From positions 1-62,412 of the IMG/VR virus record IMGVR_UViG_3300042344_000078: a DNA stretch of 62,412 nucleotides. One strand, written 5' to 3'. The notes below the pieces were generated by a model that worked only from the letters and a program-made list of their open reading frames with translations, ran no database searches and was not told the DNA's origin. Shown piece by piece: positions 37,647 to 47,152 of this stretch; position 1 is the stretch's first letter, and every line of letters begins with the position of its first letter. Position numbers and translations under genes: made by a program. This DNA is from a virus (taxonomy: Duplodnaviria > Caudoviricetes).

Positions 37647-38567
37647 CTACGCAAATCTAGGGCTACGGGCCGTCATGCTCCCGCGCATATTGGATAAGTT
37701 AGCGCGTGCGCGCCGTTCACTCAGATGGAACAAATATTGCCGAGAATGGTACGAAGCCAATTCTATATTCGACCATGTAACATTTGGCATGAGCATAAGT
37801 TGTTGCAACGCACCATGAACGATAACGTCTTCTAGCTCATCAAGTATGTGTTCTTCCATACCATCAGCATCGCGCCGAGGTTTAAGCGCGTAGAACATAC
37901 GCATTGTATAGGTCTTAGAATTGTCCGGCATAGGGAGCACAATATACTTATCAGGGACTACCTGACAGATTGCGCGTGGCTCAGAACCATCGACCATAGT
38001 CGGATCAAGAATATTGAAATTACCACTCAGGTCTGCACGGGCATAAAGTAAACTAATAGCTGAAGTCGCAGTACTTGATGTACTGGTTTCCAATAGCAAC
38101 GCACTACCACTTTCCTGTGTCAGCAGGTCTGCAGCGTCTGTCGAATCCAGAGCTTCAAGAGAACTATAAGTATTAGCTTCGTTGTACTCTACTTTATTGA
38201 ACTGGTTAGAATTTAGAGGAGCTTTAGTTGTGTCGCTCCAAGCAACGTCTGCTGTATATCCACTAAAAAGATCAGCCCATTGAGGATAAAGATACAACGC
38301 ATCCTCAAGAGTTAATTTCTTGAGTGGTTGGTCATTCATCATAGCATCAAAAATAACATGCACATCTGTATTAGCTGGCTTATTGTATCCGTATTCATAT
38401 GCACCGGGAGACAGATTAAACGTAGGTTCAACGTGCCGCCATAATAGCGTGCGTTCACAAGTCCTAATCGCAGACTTACGAATCTCACGATTAATCACCG
38501 GTTGCGGACATCCGGGTACATTTGCACTAACTTCTTGAATTAGCGTGGAAAAAGCTCGGTCTGCCAT
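37647..38567 (-). CDS. Head-tail adaptor-like protein
   Basis: VPGCP...IRTCERTLLWR; position after the capsid genes. Confidence 0.6.
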   Translation of the reverse strand: MADRAFSTLIQEVSANVPGCPQPVINREIRKSAIRTCERTLLWRHVEPTFNLSPGAYEYGYNKPANTDVHVIFDAMMNDQPLKKLTLEDALYLYPQWADLFSGYTADVAWSDTTKAPLNSNQFNKVEYNEANTYSSLEALDSTDAADLLTQESGSALLLETSTSSTATSAISLLYARADLSGNFNILDPTMVDGSEPRAICQVVPDKYIVLPMPDNSKTYTMRMFYALKPRRDADGMEEHILDELEDVIVHGALQQLMLMPNVTWSNIELASYHSRQYLFHLSERRARANLSNMRGSMTARSPRFA

Positions 38568-39232
38568 TAGATTACCTCTCCAGCAATCTGGTCAGCGCGA
38601 GACGGCTTCATACCAGCAGGTTTTGTATCTGTAACAACACGACCCTGAAGTGAAGCACTAAGCTGGCTCGTAAAGAGCTGCAAGAAGAACTCAGCACGCT
38701 TAGAATTAACTGCCTCATCATCAATTGATTCAGCCAACCATACAGTACCATCAATAATCGTTGGGAAAAATGCGCCATTTGGCGTGGTAATCGTATCAGC
38801 CAAAGCGTAATCCGCTGGAACCTTAGCGTATTCTCCAACAAGAACAGTGCCTGACACAGGCGGTGGGTAGAGAAAAAATCGTTCTGCGTTCTTAACATGG
38901 CGCATAAAGTTAACTGGAGAACCAGCAGGGGCGTTCATCCAGTCAGGAGCATAGCGCGCCATGGTCTCACGATCTACTTCAGTAACTGCATTGCCACCCT
39001 TAACCTGAAAGATATCAATAAGTCGTAGCGCATCAGAAGGGAGTGACTGCACTGCAGTGCCAGCGGTTGTAGGAATATCACCGATCTCACCAAACAAGTC
39101 GGGACGAAGCACCACCATACGCTTAATCGTCTGGTTGACAAACTTCAAAAGGTCAGCATCACTGTACCTATTTGGCGTGTCAACATCCTGCAGGATATTT
39201 CTGACTTCGGTGATAACATCGGCTGGCGTCAC
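38567..39232 (-). CDS. Tail tubular A / adaptor (DUF6682-like)
   Basis: ILQD...RYSDADLLKFVN...LRPD; FFLYPPP. Confidence 0.65.
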   Translation of the reverse strand: MTPADVITEVRNILQDVDTPNRYSDADLLKFVNQTIKRMVVLRPDLFGEIGDIPTTAGTAVQSLPSDALRLIDIFQVKGGNAVTEVDRETMARYAPDWMNAPAGSPVNFMRHVKNAERFFLYPPPVSGTVLVGEYAKVPADYALADTITTPNGAFFPTIIDGTVWLAESIDDEAVNSKRAEFFLQLFTSQLSASLQGRVVTDTKPAGMKPSRADQIAGEVI

Positions 39233-39588
39233 TATCCGAGTCTCCTAGTCACTTCTGCGTTCAGTTCTTCGTTAATATACTCGGGTTCTTCTGGTATGTC
39301 ATCCGTATGGAGGTCAACTCCCTTCCGTTTCTTACCTTTACGTACTGTTTTTACTATCGGCGCAGTATCCTCGGACTCAAGTTCCAAAGCTGCAACAATA
39401 TCAGCAACTTCTTCTGCAGCCGGAATTTCCTCAGCGAATTGAGCTACCCGCGACTTAATCGCTGGAGTTAAGAATTTCTCAGGGAACGCAACCTCTTCTG
39501 AAACTTCTTCCAGTTTAGGATGCTTGCCTAGGTACTTATCCCACTCGTAGATAGTACCATCCTGCTTATGCCGAAGCCATCTGGTCAT
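39232..39588 (-). CDS. Hypothetical acidic protein
   Basis: Coupled ORF. Confidence 0.65.
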   Translation of the reverse strand: MTRWLRHKQDGTIYEWDKYLGKHPKLEEVSEEVAFPEKFLTPAIKSRVAQFAEEIPAAEEVADIVAALELESEDTAPIVKTVRKGKKRKGVDLHTDDIPEEPEYINEELNAEVTRRLG

Positions 39589-39746
39589 TTCTTAATAGCC
39601 TTCTTTTTACGAACCATGCCGCCTTTGCGGTACTCTTCACCTTCGTCCTCGCAGCCACCGCGCATCTTCTTGCCGCCGTTTTCTTTCTTCATAACAACAA
39701 TCATCAGAGCTTTACCTTTAGCTTTCTTCATAGGTGCTTTAGCCAT
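39585..39746 (-). CDS. 53-aa Lys-rich peptide, not in the ORF track
   Basis: MAKAPMKKAKGK...EYRKGGMVRKKKAIKK; overlaps both neighbours. Confidence 0.65.
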   Translation of the reverse strand: MAKAPMKKAKGKALMIVVMKKENGGKKMRGGCEDEGEEYRKGGMVRKKKAIKK

Positions 39747-39982
39747 TATTTAGTTCCCTTCCGTTTACCTGATGGTGACACAGGCCATGCCTTACGAGCA
39801 GGACCAGTCTTCTTAGCAGCCATAGACTTCTTCTCTGCTGCAGTCATTTTAGATGCCGCTGCTGCTGGACGACAAGCTGGATATCCTCGCTTATCTTTTT
39901 CACCAGAACGACCGCAGGATTTGCCGGTCTTTACATCGACCCACTTTTCCCCGAACCATTTTCCAAGGCCACCTTTAGCCAC
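39746..39982 (-). CDS. Small basic phage protein (DUF5872-like)
   Basis: LGKWFGEKWVDV...CGR...YPACRP. Confidence 0.7.
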   Translation of the reverse strand: MAKGGLGKWFGEKWVDVKTGKSCGRSGEKDKRGYPACRPAAAASKMTAAEKKSMAAKKTGPARKAWPVSPSGKRKGTK

Positions 39983-40145
39983 GCTTCACCCGATTATCTG
40001 CACCAGACCAAGTACCGCCACGGCTCTTATATTCTTTCGCTGCCCACGCATTTGCATATGCACTTGGATAAACCTTAAACTTCTTCTTGGCTTCAGCTTT
40101 TACGCGAGACCATAGAGCAGCGTTGTTCGGTTTAGATGCAGCCAT
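39975..40145 (-). CDS. Small basic phage protein (DUF5872-like)
   Basis: LWSRVKAEAKKKFKVYPSAYANAW..KEYKSRGG. Confidence 0.7.
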   Translation of the reverse strand: MAASKPNNAALWSRVKAEAKKKFKVYPSAYANAWAAKEYKSRGGTWSGADNRVKRG

Positions 40146-40146
40146 A

Positions 40147-40401
40147 TCAGCAGTTCCACGCGCGAAGGCTTTTATTAATCCGTGAGTTCGGATCATTGGC
40201 TGTTTTGGCGCTTGTCAATTTTTTCTTCATGCCTTTCATACGGGCACAGAAGCTATCACGACGAGGACCGCCTTCAGGCTGGGGCGCTTTCAAACCGGGC
40301 TTATCGGGATTTGCTTTATTATAAGAAGCGCGCCCTTTAGCGTTCAAACCGCCTTTAGGATTCTTACCTTCCTTGCGTGTCCATGCAGGAGTCTTAGGCA
40401 T
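40147..40401 (-). CDS. Small basic phage protein (DUF6321-like)
   Basis: AWTRKEGKNPKGGLNAKGRAS...RRDSFCARM...WNC. Confidence 0.75.
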   Translation of the reverse strand: MPKTPAWTRKEGKNPKGGLNAKGRASYNKANPDKPGLKAPQPEGGPRRDSFCARMKGMKKKLTSAKTANDPNSRINKSLRAWNC

Positions 40402-41471
40402 TATGCAATCCTCTCTGCAGATATAATAGCGGAAGGTGTTGCTGGAACTGCAGGTGGGCCAGTTACTGCTGCGGTATGATCAAGTGTAACTGCGGTATTC
40501 GCAGGGAGCCATAGTACCTGAATATATTGCCCAGCCGTCACTGTAACGTATAACATAATTTGAAAAAAAGCACTCCCACCATCTGTGGCTTTTGGCACTG
40601 ACATCTTGGTATTGGAGCGAACGATATTTGTTCCATTCAGCGAAAACCAAATTGACACAGTGTGATCACTACCATCAGTATTGGTAAATTGAAGGTTAGG
40701 CGTTACAGCGTAAGTTCCTGCTTCAGCAAATGTTAGTCGTGTTAAATTCGTACCATCCGTGACCATTGTAATGCCAGCACCAACTAAGTCAGTTGTGCCA
40801 AATTTTACAGCCGTAGCCGCAGACGTACTACCAGTCTGATCGGTGATGTCAGAGAACGCAGCATAAGCTCGACTGGTAATAGTGCTAAACGGCACCTTAC
40901 CACTAAGGATGTCTACATTGGTTATATTAACTTCACCCGTACCTTTGGGTGTAATATTAAGGTCAATATTTGTATCAGTTCCATCAGCAGCTAATGTGCT
41001 GCCATTAAGATTACATCCGGCTGCGGCATTACCTGTAGCTAATGTCGTAGACTCGACAAGCGTCATGCCTGAGAATGAACCAGAGAATGTAACTCCAGTA
41101 ATAGATCCACCGGTAATTGAAACCGACGAAGCATCCTGCGTAGCTATAGTACCAAGACCTAAGTTCGTACGTGCGCCGGAAGCGTTAGAAGCACCCGTTC
41201 CGCCGTCGGCAACAGCTAAGTCAGTTATGCCGGTAATTGTGCCACTCGTTATGGCAACGCCAGTTATGCCTACGTCACCAGTAATTGCAGAAATAGCGTT
41301 TCCACTTAGACGGATATTCCCAACAGAAGCGGAAGCTGTACCAACTTTAAGCGCCGTAGAAACACCGGTACCGCTAACAACAGTTTTTTCTGTAGCTGCC
41401 GGGCCACCATCTACGTGTAATAATTGAGAATACGTAGCATTAATCTGGCTACCGGTAAGATTTGTTGGCAT
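40401..41471 (-). CDS. Virion fibre/decoration protein
   Basis: T/G/S-rich repeats, LAVADGGTGAS..ARTNLGLG; beta-sandwich-like C-terminus. Confidence 0.7.
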   Translation of the reverse strand: MPTNLTGSQINATYSQLLHVDGGPAATEKTVVSGTGVSTALKVGTASASVGNIRLSGNAISAITGDVGITGVAITSGTITGITDLAVADGGTGASNASGARTNLGLGTIATQDASSVSITGGSITGVTFSGSFSGMTLVESTTLATGNAAAGCNLNGSTLAADGTDTNIDLNITPKGTGEVNITNVDILSGKVPFSTITSRAYAAFSDITDQTGSTSAATAVKFGTTDLVGAGITMVTDGTNLTRLTFAEAGTYAVTPNLQFTNTDGSDHTVSIWFSLNGTNIVRSNTKMSVPKATDGGSAFFQIMLYVTVTAGQYIQVLWLPANTAVTLDHTAAVTGPPAVPATPSAIISAERIA

Positions 41472-41486
41472 ACTCGGCCCTCTAAA

Positions 41487-41513
41487 AGGAGAGGTAGGGG
41501 TCTAGCCCCTACC
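41487..41513 (-). terminator. Terminator-like hairpin
   Basis: GGTAGGGG/CCCCTACC stem after the 41516-41998 gene. Confidence 0.55.
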
Positions 41514-41515
41514 AA

Positions 41516-41998
41516 TTATTCAAGGACGTAATCGAAGATAACGTCGATGTGCGTGGCCGTTGTAATGCTAGAGCCAGTCTTGCTAACATTGATCGCCGTA
41601 CCAGCGTCGTTCGCCGTATAAGACGCACCGTCAGCGAGGACAGCAGCACCAGAACCACCATCAACGAGAACAGTACTTTGCGTCAGGCTGGCCTGAGCGA
41701 AAGCAACGAGCTTACGTGAAGTGGTCGAAGTGCCAGTAACATCAACCGTTGTAACCGCACCAGCAGCGTTGCCAACCGAAATGGCTTTACAACTAACCAT
41801 ACGGATTGATTTGCCAGTAACAGCAGCAACGAGTTCGACACCCGCGTTGACCTGCGCAATCGTAAACCGCTGACGAACATTAAGAACTGCTCCGGTCGCC
41901 CGAAGATTCGTAATGGTTGCAGAAGTAATTGTCGCTGAGTCAGCCTCAAAATTGATGGCCTTCAGTCGAGAGTGTGTAACGCCGTTATAAACAGACAT
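41516..41998 (-). CDS. Putative capsid decoration / structural protein
   Basis: Small beta-rich protein downstream of the MCP; RBS GGAGG. Confidence 0.6.
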   Translation of the reverse strand: MSVYNGVTHSRLKAINFEADSATITSATITNLRATGAVLNVRQRFTIAQVNAGVELVAAVTGKSIRMVSCKAISVGNAAGAVTTVDVTGTSTTSRKLVAFAQASLTQSTVLVDGGSGAAVLADGASYTANDAGTAINVSKTGSSITTATHIDVIFDYVLE

Positions 41999-42011
41999 TG
42001 AGTCCTCCTAT

Positions 42012-42037
42012 GAGAAAGTAGGGGCCGAAGCCCCTAC
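42012..42037 (-). terminator. Terminator with a UUCG tetraloop
   Basis: GTAGGGGC-TTCG-GCCCCTAC-TTTC on the minus strand. Confidence 0.7.
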
Positions 42038-42039
42038 AC

Positions 42040-42510
42040 TCAGTTCGGGTTAAGAACAACCGCGAAGCAGCGGAGAACACAGTCCGTAGGCGCAGCCGTA
42101 TTGATCAGCAAGTCGATGGTGTCATCTGACGTACCAATAATGATCGGTGCTCCAAGGCCGTTACCAGCAGCCCATGACCAGCCGAGAGCGTTCGACGCAA
42201 CGTCGTTACCAAAAGCATTGGCTGCAGCAGGCGAAGCGCCCGTGAAACCAAAGTCAAAGGTAGCTGTCGTGTTCGTCGTCTCTGCCGACGTGACCTGAAA
42301 GCCTGCGTGCAGGATTACAGAGTTAGCTTCAAGAGGAAGAATCTGAAGTGTATCTGCTGCAGCAAGCGCCGTAGCGCCTGCGGCAGAGCGCGCAGCCACA
42401 ATCGCAGCGAAGTCAAGCTCGACTTCGATGAAGGAAATGCGGTTTCCGCCATAGGCAGGAAACGAAGCCGTTCCTTTGTTAAACCCGTAGGAGTCAGTAA
42501 AAGCAGTCAT
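42040..42510 (-). CDS. Capsid cement / decoration protein
   Basis: Immediately after the MCP, strong RBS, Ala-rich beta protein. Confidence 0.6.
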   Translation of the reverse strand: MTAFTDSYGFNKGTASFPAYGGNRISFIEVELDFAAIVAARSAAGATALAAADTLQILPLEANSVILHAGFQVTSAETTNTTATFDFGFTGASPAAANAFGNDVASNALGWSWAAGNGLGAPIIIGTSDDTIDLLINTAAPTDCVLRCFAVVLNPN

Positions 42511-42520
42511 TTATCCCTCC

Positions 42521-43450
42521 TTACGAGAAGCTGACGACGGATTCGACGAGAGCTTCTGGCTTCACCACTTTGTAGCCATACACCTGCAGGCCACGGATGA
42601 TGTCACCGAACGTCGTTTCCGAACGGATGGTTTCCATCTCAGTCATCTGAGAAGCGAAAGTGAAGCCCATCTTGGTGCCAGCAATGATGCTGTACTTCGT
42701 GCTGGACGTAACTTTCAGGTTGTGGCTGACGTAGATCGTGAAGCGATCAATCATGCCGAGACGACCGTTGCGGAGCGGAGACTGGCTATCGCCGGTAAGC
42801 GAAGCGTCTTTCAGTTCCGACTTCTTGATCAAGCCAGCCATACGGGCAGGGATGATAAGAAAGCGGTTCTGCTCTGGGCAGTTAGCTTCGTCAAGAACGG
42901 TGCCCATGTCAACGACAAGGTCCGTAACTGAAGTCGTACCACCTGAACCGTCTTTAGAAACGGTGAGCGGCGAAGCCGTCGTGCCAAGATTGAACGCAGA
43001 TGATACCGCGCCAGCAGTTGCGCCTTTGTTGGTCGCAGCAATATCTGGCAAGATATCGGTCAGAACGCGCTGGTCGATCTTGATCTTCATCTGCTCGGAA
43101 GCATCTTTAGACCACATATCCATCAACTTAACGTCTGACTGAACACGATCAATATCGTCTTCAACGCAAGCGAAGTACTCGCCTTTGTCGATGACAAGCT
43201 GAAGTTTAGGCTTGTCAGGATTTTCGACGACGAGGCTCTGGCCCTTGACGTAGTCACGGATCGTGATGTTCGGAATGGTGCGGATGTTAACCGTATCACC
43301 CTGATTCTTGATCTCGCCTTCGTAGTCGGTGTTAGCGATAGCCGCGAGGACCGTCGCATCGTAGAAGTTTTCAATAAGCTTGCCTGACCAAATCTCAGGG
43401 ATGAAGTTTCCCGAATAATTTGGACGGCCAGCAGAGACCGGATAAGACAT
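42521..43450 (-). CDS. Major capsid protein
   Basis: FIPEIWSGKL, TDYEGEI..GDTVNI, FGDIIRGLQVYGYKVVKPEAL. Confidence 0.9.
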   Translation of the reverse strand: MSYPVSAGRPNYSGNFIPEIWSGKLIENFYDATVLAAIANTDYEGEIKNQGDTVNIRTIPNITIRDYVKGQSLVVENPDKPKLQLVIDKGEYFACVEDDIDRVQSDVKLMDMWSKDASEQMKIKIDQRVLTDILPDIAATNKGATAGAVSSAFNLGTTASPLTVSKDGSGGTTSVTDLVVDMGTVLDEANCPEQNRFLIIPARMAGLIKKSELKDASLTGDSQSPLRNGRLGMIDRFTIYVSHNLKVTSSTKYSIIAGTKMGFTFASQMTEMETIRSETTFGDIIRGLQVYGYKVVKPEALVESVVSFS

Positions 43451-43463
43451 GGAATAGCTCCAC

Positions 43464-44465
43464 TTAACCTGTTGCGACTATACGATCTTCCCGCTGTGCA
43501 GCGAAAATATCGCGTTCAATTCGGTCGCGGTCAGCTTCTTTGCCTCGATAGATGCCTTTTCGTACGTCATCGAAGAACTTGGTAATGTCTGCGCGTGTGT
43601 ACGTCTTAGCCTGTGATGCCGCCGGACCACTGCCATTACGGCTGCGACCGGGAGCTACTTGTTTATCGAGTTCGGAAACTGCGCTCCGAGGTGGTTGAGC
43701 AACTTGTTGGCTACCATTACCCTGCCAAGCATTGAAGAAATTTGCGACTCGGTACACATCCATGCTGCGTTGAGCATCTTCAAGATAGTCCTGCCGTGTA
43801 ACCCCGGTCAGCGGGTCTACTTCCAAAAGCCAATCTAAGAAGTTCTGATCTGCATTGATGTCCCGCCAGTTGGGGATTCTTGCAGAAAGTTCTGCCCAAA
43901 ATGACTGTTCAGATGTCTGCGCTTGTTTCTGTGCAACCTGTTCGACACGAGGAAGAACACTGACCTGCATCTGCCGGACCATATGTTCCAATTCCGCAAT
44001 CTTGTTATCGCGGGCTGTAAGTGATTCTTCGGACACACGTCGCATGACCTCAAGCGAATCACCATATTCCTCAACATCTTTCTCGGTTATCAGCCGCTTA
44101 TCATTAGCATAAGCCGGAGCCGGTGCTGCTGAAAGAGCTGAAAACAAATGCTCCATCTGGGTAAGTCGTTGGTTCAACTGCTGATTCTCAGTACGAAGCC
44201 GCACTGTATCCGCGTTGTACATACCCTGAAGTGTTTTATACCGTTTCTCGAAAGTCTCCTCATTATCCTTGTTACCCGCAGACTTTTGCTCGTTAAGTGC
44301 GGGTGCAGACGCTTCGTTCTCGACACTGTCGGCTTGCTGAACACTCTCTTGCGTACGACCTTCTGATTCTACGTTAGCCTCAGTAGTTTCAGTTTGGGTC
44401 TTCTGCTCTTCGAAATGTTTGGCGACTGCCTCAGATTGACGACGAACTTGCTCAGGTACAGCCAT
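43464..44465 (-). CDS. Capsid scaffolding protein
   Basis: Acidic/coiled-coil protein directly upstream of the MCP; KRYKTLQGMY. Confidence 0.75.
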   Translation of the reverse strand: MAVPEQVRRQSEAVAKHFEEQKTQTETTEANVESEGRTQESVQQADSVENEASAPALNEQKSAGNKDNEETFEKRYKTLQGMYNADTVRLRTENQQLNQRLTQMEHLFSALSAAPAPAYANDKRLITEKDVEEYGDSLEVMRRVSEESLTARDNKIAELEHMVRQMQVSVLPRVEQVAQKQAQTSEQSFWAELSARIPNWRDINADQNFLDWLLEVDPLTGVTRQDYLEDAQRSMDVYRVANFFNAWQGNGSQQVAQPPRSAVSELDKQVAPGRSRNGSGPAASQAKTYTRADITKFFDDVRKGIYRGKEADRDRIERDIFAAQREDRIVATG

Positions 44466-44503
44466 AGAACGCTCCTCTCGGTATGCGTATGGTTAAACGG
44501 CGG

Positions 44504-44731
44504 CTATCTTTTTCTAGATTCTGCTGCCATATCAGGGGCATTTTGCACTAGTTTATATATCTCTGTCAACACTTGGCAACGCCCTTGAGCCAAGTGGACA
44601 GCATCTGGTCCAACATATGGTAGCTGATCTATCTCCCGCTGACGCCACTCGGTTATCCATTCAAGGATCGCCGGATGTGAACGAGAGATAGAAGCCCACT
44701 GTTGGAGAAGTTCTGGGGTAGGGCGAATCAC
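44504..44731 (-). CDS. Small protein between portal and scaffold
   Basis: AQGRCQVL motif; coupled to the portal gene. Confidence 0.65.
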   Translation of the reverse strand: MIRPTPELLQQWASISRSHPAILEWITEWRQREIDQLPYVGPDAVHLAQGRCQVLTEIYKLVQNAPDMAAESRKR

Positions 44732-46776
44732 GCACCACCACCTTGCGGTCTAGCAGTAGCAGCACTCATGCCGCCCGCTGGATTCCCTGCTTGATCGAGT
44801 GTCGCTCCCTGTGGCTGTTGCTGTGGCGCTGCCGCCTGCGCTGCCTGTTGCATCCGCTGAGTATTACTCAGCCGCTCGCGTGAAGGAACGATTTCATCGA
44901 CCGGCATCTGAAGCCCCTTAGCGATCTCACGGAGAATCGCAGCGCGGCCATCTTTGCCGATGATGCTCATATCGACCTCATTGCCAGTGGCGTTGAGGAA
45001 CTCGACACGACGCATATTGACAGTCTCCTTGACTGCCAGATTAACAGCACCACGTGGAATAACTTGAGCGTCACCCTTGATCGACTCATCCGCATCGTAG
45101 CGCATATTGTATACAAACTGGCGCTCAACAATCGGCATGATAATGTCGTTGTCGATGTGCATCACAACCTGACGGATACCCTTACCAGCTGAACCCATGA
45201 GCATGGACAGTCCCGATGCAGTACGACCTGCGCCCTTAACATCTACGTCTCCATAGATATAAGATGGGATACCAGAATGATCGTCAGCTAAGCGGCTAAA
45301 CCGTTCATAAACAGCCATCAACGTATTGGCATTATCATTAGGCTGGTTGAAGCGAATAGCCGGGGCTGACCCACCTAATGGGTCGTTAAGGACTTGCCAA
45401 ATTTTCCATGGGTGCATCTGGGTAATATCCTCGTTAGGAGGAATACGTTCCAGATTAACCTCGACCTGTGGGCCAGAAGCAATGCCCATGTTATTGACGA
45501 GCGCACGCGCCGCCGCATTACAGATATTTTGCAGGTCCTCAATGATCTCAGGAATACCACGCCCCCAGAATGATCCGGGGGTCTTAATGAACGACGTTTT
45601 CGCATAGGGCTTCTCGCCCAAAGGATCGTAGTTCAGAATAGCTTTGATGACATAGTTACCGACAAGCCAGATATTGGCGTCGTACTCACGTGCTTCGTCA
45701 GGCGCATCCTCTTCGGACATACCCCACTCGCGGAGCATAGCTCCACTGACTTTACCCCAGAACTCAAGGGCATCGAACATATCTGTCGGGCGCATCTCGG
45801 TATAGAACTTGCGTTCTTCTTCCTCGCGCTCCTGCTCAATCGTCTCCGCGACCCAAGATTGTCCCGGTCCGATCTCTAATACTTTACGAATGGCTTGGTC
45901 GTCATAGCCGGGACAGCCGATCAAATCAGATAGACCGGTCCGGGTAAGTTTATGGTGTTCAAAAATATATCCGTCGTTGATCCGGGTAATCCCCGGCTCT
46001 GGATAAATATTGAAAGGACTTACCCTCTCAAATTCCGGTGCAAGTCTCTCGCCCGCTTCGACAATAGTTTTACCGTCTGGACCTTTCGCCCAGCTAAGGT
46101 GTCGTTGGCGACGGACCACAGGACCTTTGATAAAAGCACAAGGGAAAGTAACAAGATCAGTGATGAACTCATTGAACGACTCCGGCCATCCCCCTTGAGC
46201 AAACTGATCTTCGATCTTAATCTTCATTTTGTCAACACGGATCTGTGCTGCCTCTAGAATCTTAAACCGATATTGCTGGGAGATAACCTCTTTTAATTCA
46301 ACGAGTTCCGATTTAGACGGTGCAGCGCCTGTTGCCTGAATAACCGCCATAACTTCTTCAGCAAAGGCTGCTTGAAGCGCCGTGCTATCATCAGGCGACA
46401 AGTCTGGAATAGGCGTAGGAGACATATCCCACGGAGGAGACCCCGTTTCGAGCAGGATATCCCGCAGCCAGCTTTCAGCCGCACGGCACTTTACTTCCGT
46501 GAGCATCATGTAGACTTCGGACCCGCCCTGATTCTGGATCGCGTTTAACTTATCTGCCTCATATTCGCCATTGCGCTGCCGCATGGCACGTAGCATGATG
46601 TGGTTAATCGGCTCTCGCGCTATGCGCGCTGCATCCCAGCAGCGTTTAAGATACGCAGATAGTCCAAGGATTACCGAATCCTGCTGCCGTGCCTGAAGTT
46701 CTTGTTCCATGCGTTCGCGTTCAGCTTTATCAAGCTGTTCGCTACTGACAACACGAAGGAGAGTTAATCCGGCCAT
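44728..46776 (-). CDS. Portal protein
   Basis: 682 aa; FWGRGI...LQNICNAAARALVNN; GRTASGLSML; position. Confidence 0.85.
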   Translation of the reverse strand: MAGLTLLRVVSSEQLDKAERERMEQELQARQQDSVILGLSAYLKRCWDAARIAREPINHIMLRAMRQRNGEYEADKLNAIQNQGGSEVYMMLTEVKCRAAESWLRDILLETGSPPWDMSPTPIPDLSPDDSTALQAAFAEEVMAVIQATGAAPSKSELVELKEVISQQYRFKILEAAQIRVDKMKIKIEDQFAQGGWPESFNEFITDLVTFPCAFIKGPVVRRQRHLSWAKGPDGKTIVEAGERLAPEFERVSPFNIYPEPGITRINDGYIFEHHKLTRTGLSDLIGCPGYDDQAIRKVLEIGPGQSWVAETIEQEREEEERKFYTEMRPTDMFDALEFWGKVSGAMLREWGMSEEDAPDEAREYDANIWLVGNYVIKAILNYDPLGEKPYAKTSFIKTPGSFWGRGIPEIIEDLQNICNAAARALVNNMGIASGPQVEVNLERIPPNEDITQMHPWKIWQVLNDPLGGSAPAIRFNQPNDNANTLMAVYERFSRLADDHSGIPSYIYGDVDVKGAGRTASGLSMLMGSAGKGIRQVVMHIDNDIIMPIVERQFVYNMRYDADESIKGDAQVIPRGAVNLAVKETVNMRRVEFLNATGNEVDMSIIGKDGRAAILREIAKGLQMPVDEIVPSRERLSNTQRMQQAAQAAAPQQQPQGATLDQAGNPAGGMSAATARPQGGGA

Positions 46777-46787
46777 TGAATTTATTA

Positions 46788-46922
46788 TTACTCTTTAGGC
46801 GTCTGATCGTCAACGGCCTGTTTTTGAATCGCTGCAATGAGTTCAACGACTTCAATATAAGGACGTTGGCCTAAGACGTTCAGAATGTAATTCCACTGTT
46901 GCGGTGTCAGTTCGATCTTCAT
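46788..46922 (-). CDS. 44-aa protein, not in the ORF track
   Basis: MKIELTPQQWNYILNVLGQRPYIEVVELIAAIQKQA... Confidence 0.6.
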   Translation of the reverse strand: MKIELTPQQWNYILNVLGQRPYIEVVELIAAIQKQAVDDQTPKE

Positions 46923-47152
46923 AGCCCTAACAATTCTTTCAGTTCTGCCACGCTCAACCCCGCCGCCGCGAGCTTCTCTTGTGGCGTTAGTGGAGCTGGT
47001 TCTGGTGGTGGGACGTATGGGTTGGGTGTGTTGCCTTCGTCAATCCAATCTTGGATCGCTTCGACGAGACAGCTTTCCTGCCTACCATCCGGCCATTCAC
47101 GCCAGACAATTGTGTTTTCAGGATCAGCGTATTGCCAAATCGGATCACTCAT
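46919..47152 (-). CDS. Tail fibre assembly/chaperone-like small protein
   Basis: WIDEGNTPNPYVPP...TPQEKLAAAGLSVAELKELLG; follows a fibre gene. Confidence 0.6.
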   Translation of the reverse strand: MSDPIWQYADPENTIVWREWPDGRQESCLVEAIQDWIDEGNTPNPYVPPPEPAPLTPQEKLAAAGLSVAELKELLGL

